The notes: generated by a model not told the origin, from the letters alone. 64,000 bases of DNA from Octopus vulgaris (GCA_951406725.2 OX597821.1:116622001-116686000), one strand, 5' to 3'; counted from the first letter of the stretch, positions 40,504-55,157 are shown. A program made the numbers and translations.

Positions 40504-41587
40504 CATATATATCAGATGTGGCAGAAGACAGGCAGAAGTGAATTGCTTGCTGATAGCTGAGGGAATTATAGCACGGTACTTGTGCAAAGATTTGCGGGGG
40601 CGGCGAAGCCAGGACAGGCCAAGTCAGCCGAGCAGACGGACAGGTATCTTGGAGAAGATGTGTGCGCAAAAGCAGAAAGAAATGTGTAGGTGGATGAAAG
40701 GGGGGGATGGTGGAGACGGAGAAGAAGAAGAAGAGGGAGGAGAGGAGGAAGAAGAGTGAGAAGATGAAGAAGAGGGAGGAGGAGAAGGAGGAAGAAGGAA
40801 GAAAAAGAAAAGGAGGAAGAGAAGAAGAAGAGGTAGGAGGAAGAAGATGAAGAAAGAAGAGTGAGAAGGAGGAAGAGGAGGAGAAGATGAAGAAGAGGGA
40901 GGAGGAGAAGGAGGAAGAAGGGGAGGAGAGGAAGAAAAAGAAAAAAGAGGAAGAGAAGAAGAGGTAGGAGGAGGAAGAAGAAGGACACGAAGAAGGAGGA
41001 GGGTGAAGAAGAAGAAGGAGGAGGAGGAGGAGGAAGGCGGAGAAGAAGAAGAGCGTTAGGTGTGCGTATGTGAAAGAAGAGTATGGGGTGAGGGCCATGT
41101 ATTTTATTGTAAAGCTGAGTGAATCGGGAGAAAAAACCCAGTCAAAATGTGTGGGCTGTCATCTCTTAAGTGATGTTTGTTAGTGATGGTGACGGTGGGG
41201 AAATTGTGACGGTGAAGACAGTGACGGCGGGGAAGGCAGCGGTGGTGGTGGTGGTGGTGATAGTAAAAGTTGCAGAGTAAGATGGTGGTGGTGGTGGTAA
41301 AGACAGCGGTGTAATGGTGATGGGGATTCAATTAGCTTGTACGGGGTGGGGTGGGTAATTTTGTCTTTTATTTTTTCCCTGTGTTTCTTAGAAGGAAAAT
41401 GAAAGGAAATGATGGTGGTGGTGGTGGTGGTGGTGCACGCGTGTGTGTGTGTGTGTGTGTGTGATAAAGGTTGATGTACGATAGCAGCCGACAATAAAAC
41501 CCAATGAAGGTAGCTAATATGAAGAGGAAACCATTGCCATATCATATCATATGTATGTATATATATGTATGTATATATGTATGTATA

Positions 41588-41619
<32 letters not shown>

Positions 41620-41694
41620 CATACATATAAATATACACATACATACATACATTCATACATACATACGTACATACATACATATATGTATACATAC

Positions 41695-41727
<33 letters not shown>

Positions 41728-41839
41728 CATACACACACACATATATATATATAGGTATGTGTGTATATATATATATGAGATATTGAAAGAAAGTCTTAGT
41801 AAAAGCTCAGATATTTCCATGTGAGTGTTGTGTCCTGTA

Positions 41840-42418
<579 letters not shown>

Positions 42419-42507
42419 TATATATATATATATATCCTTATCCTCTTGGAGATTTTGGATAGAATTATACTAACGTGTCCTTCAAATTTAACTAAATTCT
42501 AGGTTTT

Positions 42508-42600
42508 TGGTGCAGCTGAAGATTTCTCTACATTTTAAATTGATGTAATGTTTGCATTGTTCAATTAAATGGAGTTGCATGAAACGATCGTACTGTATTA
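42508..42600 (+). ncRNA. Hammerhead ribozyme-like motif with palindromic stem III (Penelope-type)
   Basis: TGGTGCAG-CTGAAGA-[long imperfect stem II]-GAAACGATCGTA-CTGTATTA; stem I has 8 bp including G-U pairs; ACGATCGT is palindromic. Confidence 0.55.
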
Positions 42601-42669
42601 CCTCTGGATATCCTTGTTGCTTATTTTGATTATATATATACATATACATACATACATACATATATATAC

Positions 42670-42755
<86 letters not shown>

Positions 42756-43426
42756 ACACACACATAAGTGTGCGTGTGTGCATGCATTTTGTTTAGATAT
42801 AGTGAAAAAAAAAAGAGAAATGGTTTCAGGAACGAACAAAACAAAAGAATGAAAATAAACCAAGGAGGAATTAAAAAAACAAAACAAAAACAACTGGAGA
42901 AATAAGAAACAAAAAAGAAATGAGAAGTGTTTTGATATAAATAGAAAACGACTGGATGATTGATTGAATGATGGCAGAGTAAACAGGTGTAGGAGAGAAG
43001 AAATTAAGAGTCGAACAACAAACTCTGGAATATTGTTGGGATTTGATAGCGGTGTGGTAGGTACAAATATGTACATGGATGTAATGTGTCTGGCACCTGT
43101 GTCGGTGGCACATAAGAAAACACCGAAAACACCATCCGAGCGTGACCGTCTGCCAGCCTCGTCTGGCACCTGTGTCGGTGGCACATAAAAAAACACCATC
43201 CGAGCGTGACCGTCTGCCAGCCTCGTCTGGCATCTGTGTCGGTGGCACATAAAATCACCCACTACACTCTCGGAGTGGTTGGCGTTAGGAAGGGCATCCA
43301 GCTGTAGAAACACTGCCAGATCTGACTGGCCTGGTGCAGCCTTCTGGTTCCACAGACCCCAGTTGAACCGTCCAACCCATGCTAGCATGGAAAGCGGACG
43401 TTAAACGATGATGATGATGATGATGA

Positions 43427-43463
<37 letters not shown>

Positions 43464-43620
43464 ATATATTCTAATGTCTTGTTGCATGGGAGATTTAAAA
43501 TTACCATTTGACACATATATATGTGTGCGTGTGTGTATGATACATGTATATATATATATATGCATATATATATATATATATATATATGTCTGTGTGTGTA
43601 TATATGTATATATGCATATA

Positions 43621-43659
<39 letters not shown>

Positions 43660-43980
43660 CTGTGTGTGTATATATATATATGTATATATGCATATATATA
43701 TGTATATATACATATATATACTTTGATATATATATATATTATTGGCCCATATGTCTAACTTAATAGCACCACCTGGTGAAGTCTTTAGTCAGAATTTGGG
43801 CACTATGGCCCACTCAAGTAGAGTTATTGTTTACAGAGACATATCCGGGTGTAGGGGTTTATATGAAGGAATCTGTACTTCTTGAACCCTATAGGGTCAG
43901 TTTCTGTTTTAATGTGTTTTGGTGTATAAAGAGAGCGGGGCCAATTGAGGTGAAATAATTGAGGTGAAATAATTGAGGTG

Positions 43981-44031
<51 letters not shown>

Positions 44032-44214
44032 AATATATATACATATATATATGCATATATACATATATATATATACATATATATATATACACACACAGAT
44101 ATATATATATATACATATATATACATATATATATATATACATACATATACATACATATATATATATATACACACATATATATATACACACACACATATAT
44201 ATATACACACACAC

Positions 44215-44247
<33 letters not shown>

Positions 44248-44351
44248 CATACATACACACACACATATATAATGGATAGACACACACACATAATATATAT
44301 AATACATATATATAGAAAGAGATATAGTTAAACAGACTGACAAATGGATAG

Positions 44352-44406
<55 letters not shown>

Positions 44407-44562
44407 TACACACACACACACATAAAACACTCCTAGAATGTGTTTGTGTGATGTGTATGCATGGATGTATGTGTGATATTTGTGTGTTATGTAAGAGTGT
44501 GTGTGTGTGTGATAGGTAGACAGACAAAAAGAGAGAGCGTCAGTGCGATAAACATAGGGAGT

Positions 44563-44610
<48 letters not shown>

Positions 44611-45505
44611 TAAAAGTGAGAGATAAAGAAAGACAGACAAAAAGACAAAGGAAGGGAACAATAAGATAGTCAGAGGAGTGGTGAGAGGAATCTGTGCATG
44701 TGAAAGAGAGAGACAGAGAGACAGAGAGAGAGTGAGTGAGTGGGAGTGTTTAAATGTATATATAGGAATGTCCCATTGCGTGGGAGATTTAAAATTAACA
44801 TTTGACAAATGCTAATTTAGCATGAATGCTCTTTATTAACGTTAGGTGGTAATGATTTTTAATTATGTGTGGGTGTGAGTGTGTGTATCGATGTGTGTTT
44901 ATTATTATTATTATTATTATTATTATATTACAGGAGTGGGTGTATGCATTTATGTTTGTGTTATTCTTTGTATTTTTATATGAAGGCTTCCCTTGTGTGC
45001 GCACATGTACGTGTGCATAATCTCAGAATTTCTGCTCATTAGTTTTCGGCTAATTAATTAACTGAACTACCAGACTTATTGAATTTGTATGGAAGACGTT
45101 GGTCATTCTACAAAAGCTTGTATCCTTAACGTAATTCTTTCTGCTAAATCGACATGACATCGTGAATAAAGTTCTACCTTTTGAAATACTGGTACAAAAC
45201 CATACGTCTACCTGTAGCATTAGTAGAGTGTACACCTCCTGAAGGTAGTCCTAGAGTTTGCTACTCTACCAGATCCCTCCAAATGAGACCCGAAAAATGC
45301 TGCCCTCATAGAGGTCACCTCCCTGCCTACCTACGCAACTGCTGGCGGCTCAGTTTCACTCACAAGACATGGGTCAACCCAAAGTTAAAGGAAATGAAAT
45401 TTACCCAAGATGCTATAAACTGGGATCGAAACCATATTTTGTATTTCATACCCAAATTATTATACTTAATATGGGGCTAATGCAGTTTCGCACCTCTCCT
45501 TGAAA

Positions 45506-46212
45506 GATACATTTTTTTTAAAAAAGAATTTTTCGGATTCCTACGTTTAAAATGTCAGAGATTATGAATATGCAGAAAAAAAAAATTAATTTAGCCCCCC
45601 ACCAATTTAAATTTTTGATTTTATTTACTTGAAAGAGATCGTAGCGAATTGATGAACATATGCAAATCGAAATTAAATCCAGACAAAAACATTAAAGTGA
45701 AGAGAATTTGCGTTTTATTTGTGTAAATAAGAATTTAATGTGAATTGAATAGATACCATTTTATGAGAAACAAACATTAATGTTTAAGAATTAATGTTTT
45801 AAAGTTTAATAAGGGGCTCAGATTTCACCCCCTCCCCCAATTTTAAATTTTGGATATTTTCATCCATTTATTTATTTGTCTGTCTATCTATTTATCCCTA
45901 AAATATATTTGTCAGCTAAATGTGGCAGTCCTATAGAAGATGGTGTTACTGTTGTTCTCAGCCCCAGGAAGACATATCTATCTATCTCTTTATACATATA
46001 TCTATATGCTTATTGAATTTGAAATTTTGGAAACGGGGTTTCTTGCATATTCGGAGTCTCCGTCTTCTAAAACATAAGAGGAAAAAAATTTCGAAAAAGT
46101 TCAATTTTAGGGGTGAGAGGAGTAGGGCGTAACATTTTTTTTTTGCATATTTGTAATCTCCGACATCTTAAACGTAGGTATTCCAAAAACATTTTTTCAA
46201 AAAAATGCATTT
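45506..46212. mobile_element. Degenerate long-TIR DNA element
   Basis: About 45506-45600 (CCTACGTTTAAAATGTCAGAGATTATGAATATGCA) is an imperfect reverse complement of about 46115-46212. Confidence 0.55.
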
Positions 46213-46222
46213 AATATACTTA

Positions 46223-46276
<54 letters not shown>

Positions 46277-46577
46277 CCTTGTGTACAGTGCTCAGGTGCA
46301 CTACAACTCATCTAAAGTGCATATATAATCAGGTGTAGTTTCGACGGATTTCGGAAAGCATGATTATATTCGACGTATCTCACTTGTTTATCTCTATAAT
46401 TGTGCTTGTATACCCCGCTCAACTTGATCCCTCTTATAGCCTTTCTTTACCCTTTGGAATCGATCCTCTATAAAGACGCTGGAGTCTAAGTTTGAATCTT
46501 CGATACAAAGAATCTCTTCATCTCATCTGTAGACTCTATATGTAGGAATGATTATCAATAAGTTAATAAATCAATTA

Positions 46578-46656
46578 TATTTTCGAACAAGGGAGTTTAG
46601 CGTCCCAACATCAGCACGTGCTGAGTAGGGACAGTAAACTCCCTTGTTCGAAAATA
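46578..46656. repeat. 79-bp imperfect palindrome centred on CACGTG
   Basis: TATTTTCGAACAAGGGAGTTTA...TCAGCAC|GTGCTGA...TAAACTCCCTTGTTCGAAAATA. Confidence 0.9.
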
Positions 46657-47446
46657 GGACACAGCTACTGTGTCATGTAGCCAGCTGGAGACGATGTTTC
46701 CTAGGGCTAAATAACAGTAACATTCGTCCTAATCATGTCACATTATGTTGGCAAAGAATCTTTACTCTAGAGAACTGCTACTGAATGTCTCTGGTTGAGA
46801 GATTTAGAAATAATAATTTTTCTTTTTAATAAATTAATTATTAAGCATTAACTCCCCACTTCCTTCTCTTAATTGAATATAAATTATATGCTTAATATAA
46901 TCACCTATAATATAAGGTAAAAAACCAGTGTAATTTTGGATGTAAGAGGTTAATATATCCTCGCATATCCTTGCATTAACTTATATATATGTTACAGGGA
47001 TATAAACACACCAAAACTGGTTGTCAAGCGGCGATGGAGGGGACAAATACACACACACACACACACACATATACATACATGATGGGCGTCTTTCAGTTTC
47101 CATCTACCAAATCCTCTCCTGTGAGTGGATTTGGTAAATGGAATATTTTCGTCAGTCTGAGGCTAAAGTAGAAGACACTTGTGTGGCACATAGCCACGCC
47201 TGCACCTGTGTACCACACCTGCACCTGTGTACCACACCTGCATCTTGTATAAAAAAATGAAAATATTTTGTATTTTGTAGAAGTACAAGCAATTTATTAC
47301 AAATAAATTTCAATAACAAAATCTCATTTGGAGCCCTAAAGGCTGTGTGGACCCTTGTTGAGGACCAGTGGGTTAAATAAAATGCTCTTAGAATCCTAAG
47401 TTGTTGTTTGCAAAAAGAGTAAGGATTTCCTTAAATTTACATTCCT

Positions 47447-48564
47447 AGTTTCCGTTACCTAGGTGACCAAGTCAGCAGCGGGGGCGGGTGTGCTGAAAGT
47501 GTAACTGCTAGAGTAAGAATAGCTTGGGCAAAGTTCAGAGAGCTCTTACCTCTGCTGGTGACAAAAGGCCTCTCGCACAGAGTAAAAGGCAGACTGTATG
47601 ATGTGTGTGTACGAACAGCCATGCTACATGGCAGTGAAACATGGGCCGTGACTGCCGAGGATATGCTTAAGCTCGAAAGAAATGAAGCCAGTATGCTCCG
47701 ATGGATGTGTAATGTCAGTACTCATACTCGGCAGAGTGTAAGTGCCTTGAGAGAAAAGCTGGACCTAAGAAGCATCAGTTGTGGTGTGCAAGAGAGACGT
47801 TTGCGCTGGTATGGTCATGTGGCGAGAATGGATGAAGATAGTTGTGTGAAAAAGTGCCACACCCTAGCGGTTGAGGGAACCTGCGGAAGAGGCAGACCCA
47901 GGAAAACCTGGGACGAGGTGGTGAAGCACGACCTTCGAACTTTAGGTCTCACTGAGGAAATGACTAGAGACCGAGACCTCTGGAAGTGTGCTGTGCGCGA
48001 GAAGACCCGGCAGGACAAGTGAGTCCATAACCCGTGGCCTTCTACATGGGATGGAGCCAGCCGACGTATGCATACCTTCCCTTCTTGGGACACAAAACTC
48101 TACTTGTGAAGACCTGTTGAGGCAAGTGAGGATCAGAATCGAAATCGATCAATGGAAATTGCAGATGTGTTACCAATGCCAGTGGCATGTAAGAGAACCT
48201 TCCGTTTCGCGACCGTTGCCAGCGCCGCCCCGACTGGCCTCGTGCCGGTGGCACGTAAAAAGCACCACCCGTTCGTGTCCATTGCCAGCCTCGTCTGGCC
48301 CCCGTGCCGGTGGCACATAAAAAGCACCATCCGTTCGTGGCCGTTTGCCAGCTCTGTCTGGCACCTGTGCGGGTGGCACGTAAAAAGCACCCACTATACT
48401 CATGGAGTGGTTGGCGTTAGGAAGGGCATCCAGCCGTAGAAACACTGCCAGATTTTACTGGGCCTGATGAAACCTTCTGGCTTCACAGACCCCAGTAGAA
48501 CCATCCAACCCATGCTAGCATGGAAAACGGACGCTAAACGATGATGATGATGATGATGATGATG
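47447..48564 (+). mobile_element. RTE LINE, 5'-truncated
   Basis: Open frame from FRYLGDQVSSGGG to REKTRQDK* (48022), 3'UTR repeats and (GAT)n tail. Confidence 0.93.
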
Positions 48565-48794
48565 AATGCCTTCTTACACAGGTCTGAACATCACAACATC
48601 TTCTCTCCTTGCTGGAATAATCCTGTTGTATTGAAGCAAACTTTTAGATTCCTCAGTTGAATTTTGCAATGGTATCTTCCATCTTTTACTTGTTTCAGTC
48701 TTGAATGAATTGACTGCAGGATCTATTTTTTAACTTTTAGTCTGGTATTTATTCAATTGGTCTCTTTTGCCAAATTGCTAAGTTATGGGGATGT

Positions 48795-49049
48795 GGAGGT
48801 ACATGGCTTAGTAGTTAGGGTGTTGAACTCATGATTGTAAGGTTGTAGTTTCGATTTCTGGACCAGGCGATGCATTGTGTTCTTGGGCAAAACACTTCAT
48901 TTCATGTTGCTCCAGTCCACTCAGCTGGCAAAAATGAATAATCCTGCGATGGACTGGCATCCCGTCCAGGTGGGGAATTTCTACGCCACTGAGACCAGGA
49001 AACCGGCCCTTATGAGCCTGGCATGGCTCGAGAAGGAACATTTATATTA
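48795..49049 (+). mobile_element. Family C SINE nested in a family A SINE
   Basis: 16-bp TSD TAAGTTATGGGGATGT at 48779-48794 and 49050-49065; A and B boxes present. Confidence 0.85.
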
Positions 49050-49570
49050 TAAGTTATGGGGATGTAAACACAGCAACACCGGTTGTAAGCAGTGGTGGGG
49101 GACAAACACAGACACAAAGACACACACAATTGGCTTCTTCCAGGTTCCACCAACCAAATCCATTCACAAAACTTTGGTCAGCCCAAGGTGCATTGTAGTA
49201 GGACTGAACCCAGAACTATGTGGTTGGGAAGCAGGTGTCTTACCACACAGCCACATCTTTAAAATTACATCCCGAATGCCCTTTTACAGAGACCTGAACA
49301 TCACATCATCTCTCCTTCTTTGCTAAATAACACTGAACCATTTGTTTCCAGCCAACATTGAATAAAGTAAGCAACTAAAAAACAAAAACGTTGAATGTTT
49401 AACCATTTATTTCACTCTTATAAAATAAATAGTGTTGAATTTCAGGTGTTTTTATCACATTTTGGCTATGCAGAATCACAGCTAAGAAGGGTACAGTTTT
49501 CAGGGTAAACAAATTCATATCAAAAATATTATAGGCAAACTACTTCTCAACAATTTTATATTAAATTTAA

Positions 49571-49793
49571 CCCTTTAGCACTTAAACTGGCCACATCCAG
49601 CTCAAATAGTCTACTTGTTTTATGCTGAAGCTGGCCGTATCCAACCTCTCACACCTACCCTGCAATGTCATTCTAAAAATAAATAATCACTTCATTAAAA
49701 TCCCAAGGCTATGAGATTAATGCAGGATCAATTCAAAACAATGTGGATAAATAAGCATTATATTAGGCAGAGTGTATTCTGAATGCTAAAGGG
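49571..49793. mobile_element. Second piggyBac-like MITE family (223 bp)
   Basis: TTAA on both sides; TIRs CCCTTTAGCA / TGCTAAAGGG. Confidence 0.8.
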
Positions 49794-50321
49794 TTAACAC
49801 AGATATGTCTCAGAAAGAACAGAACGGTAGTTATATGGCAGCATTTTGTTTCAAAAAGTGCAACAATTCTATAAAACAATGTCTCAATATCTATCATATG
49901 ACTTGCAATAGGAGTTCTCTAGCAATATTTTGAGACAATACAACAGATTTATAGAAACATTCAATGAATTCTACAGCAGTTCTATACAAATGTTAGAGAA
50001 ATATTACAACCACATAAAACAGAACATTCTGGAAGCATTTACTTGGTTTTGGGATTTTATACACAGTTTGTCACCATTTTTGTCATTGTTTTACATCCAC
50101 TTTCCACGCTGGTATGGGTTGGACTGGTTGACAAGATCTGAGCCAGTTCTTATTGGGGGTCATTGTCTTCCTAAGCATGTCAGGGACTACATTTTGGTTG
50201 TTTGTTCCATTTTTGATATGGTTCCTCTGGCTGGATACCATTACGAGTGCCAACTATTTTACAGAGTGTTCTGGCTGCATTTTACCACAGCAGGTATACT
50301 TACAGACACGTGACAAAAAAC

Positions 50322-50352
<31 letters not shown>

Positions 50353-50451
50353 TTATGATAACATATATATAAACATATGCTAGCATGGAAAGCGGACGTT
50401 AAACGATGATGATGATATATACATATACATATATATATATACACATACATA

Positions 50452-50684
50452 AAGGCGTCGAACTGGCAGAAACATTAGCACGCCGGGCGAAATGCATAGC
50501 CGTATTTCGTCTGTCGTTACGTTCCGGGTTCGAATTCCGCCGAGGTCGACTTTGCCTTTCATCCTTTCGGGGTCGATAAATTAAGTACCAGTTACGCACT
50601 GGGGTCGATGTAATCGACTTAATCCCTTTGTCTGTCCTTGTTTGTCCCCTCTGTGTTTAGCCCCTTGTGGGTAGTAAAGAAATA
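50452..50684 (+). mobile_element. Family B SINE, CpG-rich (young-looking) copy
   Basis: B box GGTTCGAATTCC, Deu/Nin-like core, ends TAAAGAAATA. Confidence 0.85.
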
Positions 50685-50714
50685 TATATACACATACATA
50701 TACATATATATATA

Positions 50715-50790
<76 letters not shown>

Positions 50791-51551
50791 CATACACACA
50801 CACACACATATATATATATTGCTTAACACTGAAGAAGTGAATTAACAAAATTTGTATTATGTTTCAACAGGTAGTTATGTAATCCTGGCAGTAATTTGCC
50901 AAAATGTGTATATGCTTATAAAGCATAAACTACCATATGTTATCTATATTCTATTACACACACACAACTTGTGTAGTTTTTAGATTACTGACTTTGCAAA
51001 ACCTTTTCAAAGCCATATACTTACAACTTAGCTTGGGCTTCTTGTTTGATTACCTGATTGGCCAGATGCTGATCAGGTGACCAGGTAGTCAAAGAAGCCT
51101 CCAGTTTCTAATTGGAATTTTTTCATTTTTTTCTTTATTTGTGTCTTAGTTGGAGAAGGAGAAGCAACACTCTGACCTTTGTAGGGTCTCCAAGATTGGT
51201 GGGAAAAAAGTTAGGAAAATGAAACTACAACTTGTAGGTTGCAGGGTTTTAAGCTAGTGAATCATTGTCAACCAAACGATCTGGCCCAAACGTCAGCACA
51301 GAGTGGTCCCTGCTAAAGGTAGCTAAGGATTTTTAGTAGTTGATGTCAAACTGGGTGATAGAATTCATCAATCAATGGCTACAGTTACTGTTTACCAAAT
51401 TTCACCCAAGGTGCCATGTGCTAAGATTGAACATAGAATCACAGTCATGCTTGCACCATATACAGAAGGTCTTAAAGATTTTAAAATTATAACTTATATC
51501 TATAAAAAAATTCAAACATCAGTCCATTCTTCATAGGCAAGTTTGTTAGGA

Positions 51552-51660
51552 TGAGACGTTCTGGCAGAGCCTTTTCGACATCGCCCCTTTGGCATTGCTG
51601 ATTTGATGCTGACTTACTTGACATCAGACATTTTAATATTTCTCTTTTCCCCTCTCTCTC
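51552..51660 (+). repeat. Unclassified dispersed repeat (~110 bp)
   Basis: Diverged second copy at about 61898-62005 (GAGACGTT.TGGCA.AGC...TGATTTGA.GCTGACTTA.TTGACATCA). Confidence 0.55.
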
Positions 51661-52277
51661 TGTTTATGTGTGTGGGTATATTTCTCTTTATGCGTATGAG
51701 GAGAGGAGAAAGCGTTTATGCCAAATGTGTTCAATTAATACATTGTAATATATCTCTCTCTCTCACTTTTACTATTTGTATGTGTATATTTCTGTAGGCA
51801 CACATGGTTTGTGTGTGTGTGTGTGTGTGAGTGTGTGTGTGTGTGTATGTGTGTGTGTGTGTGTTGCTTCCAGTGCCAAAAGACACAGTTACCAAAACAA
51901 TCTGAATGTCCCATCAGCCATGCCAACTCATCAGCAGCCAAAAAGCTGCACCGAATCGTCCCCTTTCAGTTTATGAATGCAATAATATAGCCATGATTTG
52001 AACAATCGATTTTATAGGCACCATGTTGTCCATAATTAACCAATTTGTGATTATGTTGTGCACCATACTGGGTTTGTTTGTATAAAGGCCAAAAGCAGAG
52101 CACAGGGTGTACAGACTGCACAGGGAAACCACTTTATATACATGAGTTCACTGAAATCAAAGATGTTATTTTTAGGGAAGAGCGCAGCCAATTTGGCTAC
52201 CACACAGGGTGGTCACATTCTATGTTATGCCAGTGGTACTGGCAATTCTCATGACTCATACAGTTGGTTTTCATATT

Positions 52278-52323
<46 letters not shown>

Positions 52324-52554
52324 TTATAAAATGAGATAGGGGTTGAAAATTCAACCCATATATATATATATATATATATATATATTTCGATGTCTGGATA
52401 ACTGAAGAGAAAGTGTGGGTTTCCGCTCTGACATCCGAAGCTCGGAATTTTATCATGGCTACTAAATATTTGTCACATATCAATTTTACAGATAAATTCC
52501 TCTATTTACATAATATCGAGGTCTCTTTCATTCTTTTGTTGTCTTACCATTTCT

Positions 52555-52612
<58 letters not shown>

Positions 52613-52614
<2 letters not shown>

Positions 52615-52850
52615 AAGGGTGGCCCAAAAGTAGGTGTACAGTTATTCAACTACCTCTTTCGCATTCATATATTAACAGTTTAGATCTTAATTATAAAAAA
52701 ATATGAAACCATTATTCTATGGTAATTTAATTAATTTTGTCAAGCTCCCTTTTCAGTTTTGTAAGATAGAAATTTAAATGTAACAAAATGTTTTAAAAGA
52801 AATTTAAAGTGCCTACGTGATGACTGTAAACCTACTTTTGGGCCTCTCTG
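52613..52850. mobile_element. Tc1/mariner-type MITE in (TA)n
   Basis: TIRs GGCCCAAAAGTAGGTGTACAGT / ACTGTAAACCTACTTTTGGGCC; TA-repeat flanks. Confidence 0.75.
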
Positions 52851-52854
52851 TATA

Positions 52855-52926
<72 letters not shown>

Positions 52927-53593
52927 GGTGCAAGTATGGTTGTGTGGTAAGAAGTTTGTTTCCCCACCACGTGGTTTCCGGTTCAATTTCAGTGTAGCAT
53001 CTTAAGTGTCTTCTGTTAAAGCCTTAAGCCAATCGAAGCTTTGTGAGTGGATTTGGTAGACAGAAACTGCAGGAAGCCTGTCATGTATATGTGTGTGTGT
53101 GTGGGTATATGTGTTACTGTCGCCTTGTCTTAATATTGTGTGATAGTTGTGAGTGTCACCGTTATGTAAATGTTGTCCTTTGTTTCCAATCTTCTGTGTA
53201 AAAACATGTCTGATGTTGGGGAAATATTACCTTATTTGGAAACATGTGAGAACTGGGCAACAGGAAGGGCATCCAGCTGTAGAAAATCTGCCGAAATAAA
53301 TTCAGTCTGACCCATGCAGGCATGGGAAAGTAGACGTAAGAATGATGATGATAATGATTCCTTGAATTTTCAAAAGTTTGAGGAGTGTGAAATTTGAAAA
53401 AAAAAAAAAAATCTTGATGGCAGCTTGTGTACACACACACACATACATCACACACACACCACACACACACACACGCACACACAAACATGAAACTATTGTT
53501 CCATTCTACACACAGAGGACAAATAGAGACAAGAATTAAATATGTGACTCTTGACGATTGCCCTGTATGTATATGCACGATTATACACACATG

Positions 53594-53624
<31 letters not shown>

Positions 53625-54225
53625 CTACAAATAGAATTCATAGAGATACATATATGGGTTTCATTACATACCACACAAAAGGAACGGTTTCCACTCCATG
53701 GACGCTCTACATATTATGACATCTAAGTTGTGGGAAATAGTAAATTTGAACACATTATTTAATCAATATTAATATATTAATGGTTATAATTGACAGAGTT
53801 GAATTTCACAAAGTTATAATTAATAGAGACATCACAAAAATGAATCTCAACAACGTTTTCAACACGTTTCAATAATATATATAAAAACATCATCTTTTAA
53901 AAAGATGCTTGATTTAAATTAGAGTTGCTTCGTCCATTTCTTTCAGTCTTAATAATTTAGTAAAAATGATTTCAAATTTTGGTACAAGGCCAGCATTTTT
54001 TGGGGGAGGGGGTAAGTTGATTACATCAACCCTAGTGTTTGACTGGTACTTATTTTATCGAGCCTGAAAGGATGACAGGTAAAGTTGACCGTAACAGATT
54101 TTGAACTCAGAGATGGACGAAATGACGGTAAGAATTTTGGTCGGCATGCAAACGATTCTGCCAGCTTGCTGTTTTTAATAACTTATTCATAATTGAACCA
54201 AACATTATTGGAATTATATACATTA

Positions 54226-54404
54226 TTATTCTTGTTTAACAGATTTTTGTTTCCAATACTTGATGACGCATCCGGGAAGGACAGCTACAACAGCAATGCC
54301 AAGAAGTTTCAGAACAGTTGAAATCGTGAATATATCATTGACCGACCGTAGTGAAGACAGGACGCAGCCAGTCTGAACACAAATGAAGTTGTATGGCATC
54401 AAAC
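54226..54404 (-). CDS. TMEM41A: TMEM41A-like last coding exon
   Basis: Polypyrimidine tract plus CAG acceptor at 54407-54405. Phase 1 completes the Gly codon, then LMPYNFICVQTGCVLSSLRSVNDIFTISTVLKLLGIAVVAVLPGCVIKYWKQKSVKQE-stop, matching the TMEM41A LIPYNFICVQTG...LLAIAMVALIPG region. Confidence 0.92.
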
Positions 54405-54632
54405 CTGTAAAGAAAGAATGGAAATAAACAGATGTTGTACACAATTTAAATTTACTTCAAAAATATACAGCTTAAAATAAAGGAGCTCCTATCCATAAGA
54501 GATTCCAGCCTTTAATTTTAAGGTTATTTCTACAGATATTCAATAGATACTGTAGACGGCATAGATTTTTGCTGCAACATTTCATATCAAGACGTCAGAT
54601 GAAAACAGACGAGATCAAAGATAAAATGGGTA

Positions 54633-54684
54633 ATGAGTGTATATGCCATATTTCGGAGGGTTTTCCCCCTTTATCAGCACCCAT
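54633..54684 (-). ncRNA. Hammerhead ribozyme-like motif (G8->A variant) in the last TMEM41A intron, sense orientation
   Basis: ATGGGTG-CTGATAA-AGGGGG(AAAA)CCCTCC-GAAA-TATG(G)CATA-TA-CACTCAT: 7-bp stem I, stems II and III, one core deviation. Confidence 0.6.
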
Positions 54685-54746
54685 CCATATCATTCTTGCC
54701 TCCGAACACATTGTTTAAATAACCACTGTTACCTTATCCAATATGG

Positions 54747-55108
54747 GGAGCTTTACCTTTTGACCGACAGATTTAAAAAATAATTTTTTGTAACTAAACA
54801 CTTTCAAGCTTCGGACACTGGTAGAATGTGTCATATAAAATATCTTTTACTCTTAGCTTATATTTAGGAAGTTATTTCACATTTAAGTCGTAGTTATTTT
54901 GGTAATTTCAACCAATCAATGACGTGTATTCAGCTGAATAAAATTACTGCTGTTGATTGGTGAAATAACTTCCTAAATATAAGTTTTTCTCAAAAACGCT
55001 AAGAGTAAAAAATGTTTTATATGACACATTCTACCAGTGTCCGAAGTTTGAAAGTGTTTAGTTACAAAAAATTATTTTTTAAATCTGTCGGTCAAAAGGT
55101 AAAGATCC
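54747..55108. mobile_element. Long-TIR (foldback) MITE
   Basis: Roughly 130-150-bp near-perfect inverted arms. Flanking direct repeat CAATATGG at 54739-54746 and 55109-55116 (6-8 bp depending on the boundary chosen). Confidence 0.85.
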
Positions 55109-55157
55109 CAATATGGCACTACTTGGAGCTGATATTCACTTGTTACATTAATTTTAA

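Noticed and set aside
51735-52270. LMGHS motif suggesting a tyrosine recombinase (Crypton/DIRS)
   Set aside because: No other catalytic motifs in frame; too degenerate to call.
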